DNA of 64,000 nucleotides from Lobosporangium transversale (Eukaryota): NCBI RefSeq assembly GCF_002105155.1, contig NW_019029008.1, positions 62,001 to 126,000 of the forward strand, read 5' to 3'. Shown piece by piece: positions 37,677 to 50,097 of this stretch (position 1 is its first letter; each line of letters starts with the position of its first letter). The notes under the pieces were generated by a model. It saw only the letters and a program-made list of their open reading frames with translations, ran no database searches and was not told where the DNA came from. The position numbers and the translations under genes were made by a program.

Positions 37677-39050
37677 TGCTATTAGGTTGTTAGACGCAGG
37701 GTAATTTTGAGATTGAACCATAGCAACATGGTCAGTGCCCTGTATCCTCTTGTGGCACAACAAATCCAGTGCGTCTACAGTAAAACAGAGCAATAGCGCA
37801 GCTTTCGCTTCAAGTCCAGGCGGTTTTCTTCATTTTGGGTCGCCAGACAAGGTTGATCATTAAGCATCTTTGTTCTTCGGCTGACAAAATAGTCGGTCTA
37901 TCCAAAAATACTTGCTTTAGCTCGTCGCTTTGACCCTTATCACTTTCTCATCTCATAATGGGCCATATGCATGCCCTGGAACTGCTCTCCCTAGCGTCTT
38001 TATGTGCTAGTTTGAGCTCGTTTAAGCCTTTCACCTCCACTAACGGAGCAGTAACATTGAGGGATGAAGAAGTCTTCTAATTCCTTCTCAGTCAAGCCAG
38101 TAGCCAACTGGCACCACCATCAAGTTGAATGCTCCACAAAACCATGGCCTTTCCGCTGCTATATACAAATAATGGAAGGGAGAGTCGTTTTACCAACCAC
38201 ACTATCACTGAGAAACACTGTTTCCTACCAACCATTTCTCCATCAGTCATGAAGGCAAAATCAGAAGTTAAGATAGATATGCAATGATTGAACACTTTGA
38301 GCTATTCATTGGAATGCATGGTTGCCCATTAAACCTCACAAGTCGCCCATTTGCACCGTTCCGCCATCTATCTCTTAGCACTTTTTTTATGTCTATTGCT
38401 AGATGGGCAAAAGAGGAGTGTAAGGCTGCCTTTCACTTCAACGACTGGATGAAGTGTTCTGAGTGCCGAAGCACGCCTGAAATATTCCCTGTGGTTCGTT
38501 GTCATAATGGTTCGCTTGTAATGAGCATTATAATGCTAGATCTTATCTATCATGACACGGACGGGAGGAGTTTTTTCCTTTCCTTTAAAGTAATGCTCCA
38601 GTCGTATTCGTGATTGCTGTTCAGTTTTCCTGAATGGTGATTTATTTGACTAGCATTTTGATCATGTTATCACTAAATGGGTCCAAGATTACCCATACTT
38701 TGAGCCAAGGTGAAGGAGGCTTATTGCCAGAGTAAATACCCAAAACGTAAAAAAAATAAAAATAAAAATAAAAATAAAAAAACGTCTACTCACTTTGCTT
38801 TGCAATGCAAAGGATGCAGGTCATTGCAATTGTAAGTACTGTTTATCCATATTGTGCCCTTTGAAACATTTGATCTTGCAAGCATGGGCAGCATGAATGG
38901 ATAAGGGTGGATGCACCCAAATCAGACACATAAACATATAAATAAGGAGTGTAAAAGAAAAATAACAGCAGAGATGAGGTGTCCGCCAACCATTTTAAGC
39001 AACCAGCCACAATCTTTCATTACTAATAGAGGAAAAACAGTTCTCGAGCT

Positions 39051-39475
39051 TTGGTCCTAGTACCATCTCAACTGGGAGCTGGGGAGGGCTGACATTCAAG
39101 AATGAGATACCGATAGGGAGGCCCTTACCATCAGGATAGACAATATTATGGTAGCCTTATTTTTCCCCACGCCTCTTGATCTTCCATTCCTGTTGGCTGT
39201 GACCAGCAACTATAAAGGCTTCGGGGCGAGCCTCGCTCTCCAATCGGAGGCAGCGACCTGTCTTTTAGCTCGAGATGGTGACATAGTCACCCTCAATGTG
39301 TTTAAAAGTCATTGGATTCCCGCGATATGACGGCTGGCGTTTCTGAATTCGAATTTTCCGTAGTAATCAGCTTATTCCCTTGTTTGATACGGCAGTGCCC
39401 ATCACCAAAGGCATCAGCAAGTGCTACTTGTAATAAGATAAGAAGGACAGCCAAGAAGGCAACTGACCGAACTAT
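39051..39475 (-). pseudogene. Pseudogene copy C of the secreted beta-trefoil-like gene
   Basis: ATG->ATA, IVRSVAFLAVLLILLQVALADAFGDGHCRI..., deletions and stops, ends SQLRWY*D; 3' flank homologous to that of copy A. Confidence 0.9.
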
Positions 39476-40279
39476 GGCTGGTAGAAAAAAAAAAATAAGA
39501 CATAAGTCATCACTCAATTGCTTTAGAACATCTAGTCATGCTCTGCAATGCTCATTGGCAAGATTGAATTTTTAAAAGAGCAGAATGAGGCGCTTCTATT
39601 GGCTGATTATTTTGCTTGTCTTCTTTCCCTTTGTCAGCCAACTTTAAATAAAAAATTTGAATTAAAATGAATCTAGCCAATGAACATCGCAGAACATTTA
39701 TAAAATCCACTTTTTGACATGATGTGCAAGAAAGTCAGACTGGAGTGTATTTGTGAATAAATTACGAACGATAGAGGCAATCGTGTCTTCTTTTCATGCA
39801 TACTCACTTGCTTTGACAGCGATCCGTACACGCCATCTTCTGAACCAATCGTTTTTTCTTCCTTTTTATATGGACAAATACAGGCACTATACCAATTACT
39901 GGCATCGCTTGTAGAAAGGGTAGCACAAACAATGTTTGGCATTCGCGTTTACCCAAAAAGTATAGATCTAAATGATCTAAAAATGAGAAACAAGAAAAGA
40001 TGTGGGTGGTTTCACATCATGGGTAAGATAACATAAAACATATACCGACTCGACGAGAACATTTCAATAGCTTCCTTCTTCTCCTCTCCATTCCTTTTTC
40101 CGGGTATCTCGTCTACAACCCATCCACTCCTAGAGGTCTCTAGAACGCTACTCTTCCCTGAAACCCCAATACTTCAGGTATGCGCTTTTGACTTGTCGCC
40201 TGTTACCGCATAATGAACTAAACATCTGAACGTTGGCCTTCTTACTCTGTTTGATTTTCTTTTCCTTCTTTTTTCAGCT

Positions 40280-40828
40280 ATGATTCGATCAGTCACTTTG
40301 CTTACTCTTCTTGTCTAATTATAAGTGGCTCTTGCTGCCATCCCTAACAGGCTCTACTGTATCAGGCAAAGCCGGGACATGCTTAGCGCGGAAAGCGGAA
40401 ACTCGGGAAAGCCTAAACTATACTTACACGGATTAACAGGGATCTTGAACAAGTTTGGCATATCCAACACGTTGACAACGGCCTAGTCACTATCTCGAGT
40501 CCAGAGGCTGGTCGTTACCTCGAAGTTCGGGACAGAGCCCAACAATGCCTCTTTATAGTGACTGACGAACGTCTGGAGATATAGGGGTCCACGAGGAAGG
40601 AAGAACACTCGCCTACAGCTCTATCTGTCCAGAACAGATTGATGGCATTGACTTTGCTATCGGCATCTTATCCATCTCAGTCTATTTTGCACGTGTCGGT
40701 CTGGCATCTTGGTACCCTGGGAGAAAATGGTCTATTGGGAGCCTGAGAAGGTTGATATTTTTAGGTCCTGCGACTCTGGGAGAAAGATACCTCGCTTCCA
40801 CTCCCAGCTGAGGTGGAGCCGGGACTAA
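40280..40828 (+). pseudogene. Pseudogene copy D of the secreted beta-trefoil-like gene
   Basis: MIRSVTLLTLLV*L*VALA..., frameshifted DLEQVWHIQHVDNGLVTISSPEAGRYL, ends RFHSQLRWSRD*; 5'-UTR intron (40178-40277) retained. Confidence 0.9.
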
Positions 40829-41593
40829 AGATTGAGAGCCTGATCTTTCTTCGTTAAATAGTCTTTGTAATAAAAGTCCACAGCTCATTTTCAGTGCTGC
40901 TTAAAATGGGAATCTAAATGCCCTGTTTACTTATATTCATTGTCTGCTTTCTATGCGTCAGTGCTTTCCGCATCCATGCTTTACATTTCTAAAATATCGA
41001 GCCCTCCAAAAGCTCACATGAACAAACACTGCCTACAATCGCAACGACTTGCTCCTTTGCAAGACTAAACAAACTGAGCTGACTTTTTTTTTTTTCTTTA
41101 ATTCTATTTGAGACCTGTTTTTCACTATGGTTGCTTTTCTAAACAAAAAGCTCCACCGAAAATACCAATATTTGTGCACACAAAGGTATTTTAATTATAT
41201 TTGTAGTGTCTGTTCACTACATAAACGTGTACGAAAGCTTACAGCATCCTTTATCAGTCTCTTTAGGTTTGTGGTAGATGGCATTGCGGGAAAGAGTCTA
41301 TCTGGTTTCGGCTGGCATGGCTTTGCTGATCAGCGCTTTATGGCGTAAACTGGATATCGCATGGAGTAAGCGCTGTGATGCTTCCAATGACCAGGATTAA
41401 GGAAGATCTTGTATCCATATCGCCTCTAACCCTGCGATCTTGTCAATCAGATGTTTAGCTTCTCAGATAAACAGCACGAGCCAACGTTTACTCTGTATTG
41501 GTTGGTTGCACCTTAAAAAAAAAGAACTTGCATACATAACGTTCTGCCTCTCACGGATTTTGTATATATTATTTATGCTTTAAATATTTATAA

Positions 41594-41782
41594 GCCCGTT
41601 TCATTTGGTCGCGATCCCTTATATTTCTTAAATTCTCTCGAGTATATTGGCAGTCAATTGCCTCGCTTATCGCGAGCCTCGTTACAAGTCCGTCACGTAG
41701 TAAGATGCCACCAAACCAATTCAATATCCGTTTTTAGATTAGATATATATTATATATAGGATCGTGACCAAATGGTATAGGC
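41594..41782. mobile_element. Possible MITE (~190 bp)
   Basis: Imperfect terminal inverted repeats CATTTGGTCGCGATCC / GGATCGTGACCAAATG; non-coding; no clean TSD. Confidence 0.45.
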
Positions 41783-42027
41783 GATACTGACAATGAGCCT
41801 TCTTCGTCTTATCCCAAGGGACAGAGCACTGATCGATCTGCTATTGTTCAATCTTCAATCTTCATCTATTAAAGCTTCCTTATGTCTAGCAGACAATCCA
41901 TTAGCCTTGTAATGGCATCTGCATTAAATGTTTCTCCATGTCGGCAGAAGCAGTGGAGTAGAGCCCAAATGACTTCTCTTCTCTCACAAAGTTACATATA
42001 TAACTCTCCCTACTGTCCATGAAGATG

Positions 42028-43587
42028 TAGTTGGTTGGATTAAGTTTGCTTACATACATGGGATGAATATAGACTTGTGTGGAAAATTTTTTGGGTTAAA
42101 AAAGAAATGTATACTCAGAGTCCCAAGTTGAGTTGATTTGTTCATTTGATCCTTCGTATCAAATCGTAACAATGTCTGTCTCTGTGATGTATCTATGAAG
42201 TAAAATGTCCCTCGGACAATTCGCAGGCCACCTAGGCGCAAAAAAAGGGTAGGGGCTACCATCCTGCCTCTACACGAATGCTCATTGGACCTGATAGCGA
42301 GCCGTGCGTACCATCTTCCCGCACTAATTGAATAAATGCGCAATCCTGTCAAGCATAGGTGTCATTTACGATCCAGATAGGGATAGCACGTTGGTAGACG
42401 CGTATACATGATTTAAAGGAATTGAGAAAGATGTAGGTGCCTCAAAGCCATGGGAATAAAAATAATACCAACTGGATGAAAACATTTAAATAGGCTTCTT
42501 TCTCTTTTCTAATTTTTTTTCTCAGACCTCCCGCCTACCACCTTTCTACCCCGAAAAGATCCTAACACATTACTCTTTTTCAGAAGCATCGACATTGCAG
42601 GTATGTACTTTCAACTTTCAGCCATTTTGTACTCTCTATTCCTGGTACTACTGTCTAACGAACTAGATATTCAAAAGCAAACTGGTGCTGACCTTGTGTT
42701 TTTTCCTTTCAGCTATGGTTCGGTCAGTTGCCTTCTTGGCTGCCCTCCTTATCTTATTACAAGTGGCGTTCGCTGGAGCCCTTGGTGATGGGCACTACCG
42801 TATCAGCCAATACGATTCCCTGCTTAGTGCGCAAAAGTCGGAGTCGGAAACGCCTGCCTACTTTATAAGTGAGGACGACAACCTTGACCAAGTTTGGCAC
42901 ATCAAACACATTGATGATGACCATGTCACCATCTCAAGCCCAGAGACTGGTCGCTACCTCGGAGTGAAAGGGGGTGAGCCTCATTCCCATGCCTTTATTG
43001 TTGCTGGCCATGAACAACAGAAATGGAGGATTACACAGAGTGGTGTAGAAAAAGGCCACCATAATATTGTCTATCCCAAGCAAGTTGATGGTCAGGACCT
43101 TTCTATCGGTATCGCACCCTTTCGAATCTTTCCTCCACGTATTGCTCTGGAGTACGCTAATGGACCTACAAGCCGCACAACTCATTGGGAGTTCATAAAG
43201 GTTGAGGATTTTGCATCCTGTGGCTCTGAGAGAAGGATCCCACGCTTCCGCTCTCAATTGAGATGGTATTGGGACTAAGGCTGGAGGGTCCAATCTTTTA
43301 TTTAAAATGGTCTTGTTAGTAATAAAAGCTATAACTGCTTAGCCAAAGTGGACGAGAGAGATCTGGATTGACAGATATCTGCATCGTATCTCATCTCTAC
43401 TGTTATTTTTCTCCCACACCCCTATTTATATGTTTGTATGTCTGATTTCAATGTATCAATGTATCAATGCATCTTCCATTGATCTACTCATGCCTTGTTA
43501 GGCTGAATGCTTCAAAAGGCCCAGTATGGATAAATACAACTTACAATTACAGTGGCTTACTCCTTAGCAAGAGTATGCAAAATGAGC

Positions 43588-43618
<31 letters not shown>

Positions 43619-44047
43619 GTTGAATGCTCCGTTTTCTATCATTGTTTTTCTGCATAAAAATCTCCATCAAAGAAAAAGAAAAGGTGCATCCATATTTGTA
43701 GGCGTAAACAATGGCTGGTAGTACACAAGGACATTGTAATTAAATTCTTAGTGTCTTACATACACACACATACACATAGACATGTGCACAAAGCTTGCAG
43801 CACCCTCTGTCTGTCTCATTATTAGGAGTATGGTAGAAAACATTACGAGAGACAGCCTAATTAGTTCAACAGACGTGACTTTGCTGATCAAGACTCTTTG
43901 ACTCTTTGGAGCAAATTGGGCATCGTATGAAGTAGCCACTGTGGCGTTCCCAATGACCAAAACCAACTCTTATCTCGCACAACTCTGTGATCTTGCCAAT
44001 TAGGTGTATATGTTTAAACTTTCTCAAATAACTAAGTAAGTAGCACG
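42028..44047. repeat. ~2 kb inverted duplication, arm B (partner 35691-37676)
   Basis: See arm A; carries a ~25-bp extra segment near 42052 and lacks a short segment near 42248. Confidence 0.97.
42715..43278 (+). CDS. Secreted ricin-B/beta-trefoil-like protein (187 aa), copy B
   Basis: Protein identical to copy A (one synonymous GAC/GAT difference seen); 5'-UTR intron 42601-42712. Confidence 0.8.
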   Translation: MVRSVAFLAALLILLQVAFAGALGDGHYRISQYDSLLSAQKSESETPAYFISEDDNLDQVWHIKHIDDDHVTISSPETGRYLGVKGGEPHSHAFIVAGHEQQKWRITQSGVEKGHHNIVYPKQVDGQDLSIGIAPFRIFPPRIALEYANGPTSRTTHWEFIKVEDFASCGSERRIPRFRSQLRWYWD

Positions 44048-45247
44048 GACAATGTTTGCCACGCATTAATTGGTTGGATCTTGGATCTTATACGTTTTGT
44101 TCTACATTTTTAAAGCGCTTTCATTCCTATGAATGGACCTACTTTTTTATGGATACATCAGTTTTCCCTCACTAAGGCGTCGATTTTCGACGTGTTAGTG
44201 AAGTCAGGCCTCTATTCATTTTAATTCAATAAATATGTTTAAACTTCCTTTTTCTTATATTCATCGCTTGACTGCTTGGCTTGCCAGTAGGGGGAGGAAA
44301 TTCACATCTTAAACATACTCCTTCCTTCGGCGATAGATCGCTCGTGCTGTGCTGCTGCTCATACCAAACCCTACTCCAATAGAGGCAGTGGGCACTTTAA
44401 ATCCTTTTGATCGCAGTCCATCAATAGCTGCAATAAAATCCACTTTATCGACTAAGGAAAATGACTTTTGTAACCCGTCATGCTCGAAAGATGGTTTCCT
44501 TGAGAATCTTCGCTTCAACAGAGGCAACCACTTGCCAACAGCAGTCTGATCCTTGACTAGGTCTTTAAGCTTCGATTGTAGAGATTGGTTTTTAGGCGTT
44601 AAATGGTTATCTACTCGAGTATACGGATGAATAGTGGATAAAAAATAGTGAAGAAAGAGAGAAAGAATGGTTGCACTCTTACACAAAAAATTTCGTCAAA
44701 TAAAGTTTAAATATATTTATTGAATTAAAATGAATAGAGGCCTGACTTCACTAACACGTCGAAAATCGACGCCTTAGTGAGGGAAAACTGATGTATCCAT
44801 AAAAAAGTAGGTCCATTCATAGGAATGAAAGCGCTTTAAAAATGTAGAACAAAACGTATAAGATCCAAGATCCAACCAATTAATGCGTGGCAAACATTGT
44901 CCGTGCTACTTACTTAGTTATTTGAGAAAGTTTAAACATATACACCTAATTGGCAAGATCACAGAGTTGTGCGAGATAAGAGTTGGTTTTGGTCATTGGG
45001 AACGCCACAGTGGCTACTTCATACGATGCCCAATTTGCTCCAAAGAGTCAAAGAGTCTTGATCAGCAAAGTCACGTCTGTTGAACTAATTAGGCTGTCTC
45101 TCGTAATGTTTTCTACCATACTCCTAATAATGAGACAGACAGAGGGTGCTGCAAGCTTTGTGCACATGTCTATGTGTATGTGTGTGTATGTAAGACACTA
45201 AGAATTTAATTACAATGTCCTTGTGTACTACCAGCCATTGTTTACGC
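43703..45247. repeat. Near-perfect inverted repeat: arms 43703-44246 and 44703-45247, ~455 bp spacer
   Basis: Arms are reverse complements (one mismatch noticed at ~44237); mirror-image ORFs in the track are identical. Confidence 0.97.
44048..44901 (-). mobile_element. Putative non-autonomous TIR element (~200 bp TIRs) with CENP-B/pogo-like HTH fragment
   Basis: The inner ~200 bp of the arms are absent from arm A. The spacer ORF 44309-44686 ends SFSLVDKVDFIAAID...TASIGVGFGMSSSTARAIYRRRKEY, a psq/CENP-B N-terminal HTH pattern. Confidence 0.45.
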
Positions 45248-46021
45248 GGATTAAGGAGGCTAAGGTATTCGACTTCAGCAAGGAGCGGCCCTTTCCGGGC
45301 TCTAGTGGATCCCATCGAAGCAAAGAATGCTATTACGGAAACTAATGCGGATCCACTCCTATATTCAATTGAGCAAGAGATGATGTAGTTGGATGCGATG
45401 TTAGAGATCGTAGCGGTATACGTTGCGGGATTGCCAGTGGTGGACAACTTCGGCATTTGGTAGGAAGCAAGAGGGATGTTGCTGAAGATAACTTCGTTGA
45501 CATCGGAACACCGCACATAAGGATAGCCAAGGTGCCTATTGATATGGCCTACAAGTCGGATGTGGCCAACAAAAAGGCTTTCGAATACCTTGTTGCGCGA
45601 CTAAGGCTCATTTCTTCAAAGGAATTGGGATCAGCAATGTTTGCGATAAATTACTAATGGCATAGTTTTGGTGTTTAATGCGCTTTCTCTCAATTGCTAT
45701 TAGTGGACCCTTGTCATAGAAATGTTGGAATGGTTAACTCCTTTTTTTTTCTTTTTGTTTCTGCTCAAAATGGAAGGTATTTGACGCATCTACAGCGCTT
45801 CAGTAAGGATAGAATCCTCTCTCTCCTTGAAGTCTTGAAGGAAGGAATTTTTCAAAATTCTCATCCTTTCTTTCCTTCTCTATTTTTCTTCTCATTTGCC
45901 AACGAGCACACTTGGAGAACTTTTTACCACTTAAACCTCCATCCCTTCACATGCAAAAAGTATAAAGAGTGTTTTTTTATTTTTTTATTTTTATTTTTAT
46001 TTTTATTTTTTTGAAATCACT

Positions 46022-49000
46022 ATGGCGCCAAGTAAGAGACACAAGCAACTAAAACAAGTAGAGCCTAAAGCCGCTATTGCTTCAACAAAGCACGATTCCC
46101 TACAACAACGAGCGGGACAATTTCTTTCATGGGTTCGAGCTGGAAAAGACTATAATAGCGGTTCCGATCTGTGGTCCTGGATCACTTCCTACCGTGAGTA
46201 TGCTGAAGAAGACTGTATTCGACTACAGGCTTGTGAAACAAAATATAATTATGAGGTTGATCTGTCCAGTAGCAATAGCAATAGTGGAAATGACACAACA
46301 ACATTTATAAAGCCAGCCCCTACCGCTCACAAATGTACAAATGTAATAGATACAAACGTAGGGACAGGGACAGGGATGGAGGCAGAAGCCAATATTGAGG
46401 CGACAAAGATCGACAATGAGAAGAGAGTGGCTCATAGTGCTTGGAATAAAATTTTGATGAACCAATCGTTGGGCTTGGCAGAATGGGACAAGCTGGCGTT
46501 GATGGTAATCACACTAGTTGCGGTCATTGTACGCATATGGAGGATCTCTTGGCCAGATGAAGTCACGTAGGTGGTCATAAACACATTCTGCATTTACTTA
46601 TGAAAGGAAAGATGTAACATCCCGATGTTCCAGTCTACTCCAAGCCTCTAACTGGCGGCCTTCCTTTGTACTAAAAAAAAAAATAAATAAATAAATAAAT
46701 AAAAAGCTTGGATGAGGCTAATATTGGCAAGATGATCAATAGATATATTACGGGCGAATACGCGTTTGACGCACATCCACCGCTCGGAACCATGATTATG
46801 GCCGGAATTGCCGCAATGACCCGTTATAACGGTACTTTTGCTTTTGATGAAATTGGCGAGTAAGTTTAAAAAAAAAAAATCAGGTCAACTAGAGTGTTTC
46901 TTTTTTTACGATATTCATCATTCCTAATTACTTCTTTTATTGCTCTTCTCCAGTTTGATTCCCGGATCAGTTCCATATATGTCAGTGAGGTTAAGTATGG
47001 CCATATTGGGGGCGCTCTGCGCCCCTATGGCGTTCATCACTCTGAAGACATCTGACCAAGATACTCCTGCTGCGCTTCTTGCTGCATCGATGATCACATT
47101 TGGTAAGTTCCCTAAATGACTTATTACATGGACTCTCCATCCGTCAAAAAGAAAAAAGAAAAAAGAAAAAAGAAAAAAGAAAAAAGAAAAAAAAATAAAC
47201 ATCTTTTTTTGGCTTGTTGCTAGATAACGCTTTGGTTGCCAACAATCGTCTCTTTAGCCTTGATGCGCCCTTGCTGTTCTTCTTCTCTGCAACCTTTATG
47301 TTCTGGAGCTTTTTTAAGAAACATTCAGCAAAGTAATGAGCGTTTACAAAAAGAAAAAAAAATCAGTTGATATTACTCGAACGACTTTGCCAAGATATTT
47401 TGCCATACCTTATTAACAATAACAAAAAAAAAAAAAAGACCTTTCACTATCACATGGTGGTTATACTTAGTGGCTACAGGGATATCGATGGCGTCAGCGG
47501 CAGCTGTCAAGTTGATAGGAATAGTAGCTGTTGTTACTGTCAGTCTATTCACATTGTCAGCTCTGTACTCTTTGGCCATTGAGCCCTCTGTTAACACGGT
47601 ATGGATACTATGCTCAAATATTATATCTATATAAAATTTGCAACAGCGAGTATTTTCGTCTTTCCCAGTATTGTACTAAATCCTGGCCCTTCATCTTCAA
47701 TACATACTGTATTACAGTTGATGTGGCTCAAGCATGCTACAGCACGAGTGGTTGGGTTGATAATGATTCCCATCCTGGTTTATACATCTATCTTTCATAT
47801 TCACTTTCAATATCAATCATATCTCCCGTCGGACCCTAGTTCAGCTTTGGCTACACACGATCTAAATCTACTCAGCAGATCTTTCCATCGGTCCTTAATC
47901 TCCAAACCCAAGGCTGACAAGGAGAAAGAGAGAACAGAAACCCCTATCTGGAGCGATATCGCCTTTGGATCTGTGGTCCAGTTACAGAATGAAGATACTG
48001 ATGGTATGTTCATTCACTCCTTTCATAATATGACACCTGGGAAACCAGATCAACAGCAAGTGGGCGGCTACGAGTATCCGGACCTGAACACCCATTGGAT
48101 AGTTATTCGGGCTATATCTGGCAACGCTGACGGTAATAAGGATAATGAAAATGATGATGAGAAAGATGAGATCCCGACTCGCTTGCAATACCTCAAACAT
48201 GGTGATACGCTACGGCTACGACACGTCCCCACAAGGCGTTGCTTACACTCGCATAAAGTGGCTTCGTATTCAAGCAAAGAAGGTCAGCCGCTGTTTGAGG
48301 TAACAGCGTTTGGCACCCATGACCGAGATGGAGACTACAACGATTGGTGGACCATTGAAGCTGTTGACCCTGTGGCTCGAAAAAAAGTGCTTGAAGAAAC
48401 TGATCAGCAGATCAAGGCTCTTAGGACCGCGTTTCGACTGAGGCATACAAACCTTGGCTGTTACCTCTATGCCACCACAATCAACTTACCAAAGCCCTGG
48501 GGTAGGGGGCGGAAGGAATTGGTCTGCCGCCCAGATGTCGGCGTCCGGCCTCGAGCCATTTGGCGGTTCACAACGAATTTACATGACTATTGTAAGGAGT
48601 CAAGCTCTTTGTGTTGATGCTATTGCGCCGCTGCTATTAGATGCAAGATAGCTGAGTGACCATTCTTCAATTGTAGTACCATACGAAACCCCTTTAGCAA
48701 GTTTTCCTCAACTGTCATTCTGGCAAAAGTTTATAGAGATTCATAGCCTTATGTGGGCCCACTACCCACTCGCGGAGTCTGCATTCCGCTCTGCACAAGC
48801 ACATCCGATCCGATGGCCTCTAGGCCAAGCCATGATCCATGTATGGGCCGGGTATAGACGTCAAATCACAGTTCTTGCAAATCCAGTCGTGTGGGGCATA
48901 AGTACCATGGGTATGATTACATACCTTGGTCTTGGTGTCTGGTTCATCCTCAGGAAAAAGCGCGGCTATACCGAGACTGGATTTATGGCAGGTAAATATA

Positions 49001-49835
49001 TATGCGTACAACTATGATCTAGGGAAAAAAAAAAAAAAAAAAAAAAAAAGAAGAGTCCTCACACACATTTTTTTTACATGATTTGCCAATAACATTCTTA
49101 AAAAAAAAAAAAAAAAAAAAAGACATCAAGAGGTTCCATGCGAATGACGCTCGTGCCTACTTTGCAGGATGGATCATGACTTATTTACCGTTCTTCTTTA
49201 TCGACCGAACATTACTGATGCATCACTATTTCCCTGCGCTCTATTTCTCGGTCTTGATCACGAGCTCCTTGATCACTAGGGTCTCTGGCTTCATCTCAAA
49301 GAAGGCTCGTGTAGGTTTATGGGCTGGGCTGATCGCGTTGCTTATCATTTGGTTTGTTCGGCTATCACCCCTGTCATACGCATCACCACTGACGCGTGAG
49401 CAATGTGAGTCGATCAGCGGATGGGTCAACTCCTTCTACAAAGGCCCACACGATCAAAATATCCTAAACTGCGCTCCTTTCCCAATGGCTAGCAGCCAAC
49501 AAATGACATTCATACAACTGAAGAAACAAACTCGATTGACAAAGCAGATCAAGAAGAGGTTCGGCACTGTGCCGACTGCAGCTGCAGCTGCATCAGTGGC
49601 ACCAACAGCATCAGTAGCAACCACATCAGGAGCGTCCCACAGTCTTGTATCCGAATCTCATCAGCTACTCTCAGAATCTTTTCTTCCCAAAGTGGTTCGC
49701 CCACAACCTCGACCTCACTCGCCTGTTTTGCCTATGAATTACCCACCAATGGATCATCATTTGCCCATGCAACACCTTGTCATGGTCGGCCCTCAATTGC
49801 CACCTCAATTCCGGAATACAGAACCGGGTACTTGA
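46022..49835 (+). CDS. Dolichyl-phosphate-mannose:protein O-mannosyltransferase (PMT) with MIR domains
   Basis: Multi-exon. LDEANIG (DE motif), FDAHPPLG, MIR repeats (FIHSF, LRLRHVPTRRCLHSH, FRLRHTNLGCYL), HPIRWP, ANPVVW, RTLLMHHYFPALYF. Confidence 0.9.
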
Positions 49836-50097
49836 GGAAAAAAAAAAAAAAAAAAAAAAAAGTCTTTCCTTAAATTTAAATAGATCGCGATGTACATTAT
49901 CCGAGAAAAAGAATAGCAAAATAAAACAAGCAAATAATAGTGTGATTATACGGTTTTATGATATGATGATATGATGTACATTATGTTATACAGCGGTATA
50001 TCTACTCCATCTCAGGAGTAGGCTACAAAAAAAAAAAAAAATAAAAAAAAAAAAGAATAATTCTCTCATTACAAAACTTGTGTGTATGGGGTATTCA

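Noticed and set aside
39051..40828. RIP-like mutation in the pseudogene copies (CAA->TAA, TGG->TAG, ATG->ATA)
   Set aside because: Too few sites examined, indels dominate, and the 2 kb near-identical arms are untouched, which argues against RIP.
45248..45660. GC-richer coding-like stretch right of the inverted repeat
   Set aside because: No motif recognised; may be a gene relic truncated by the duplication but cannot be assigned.
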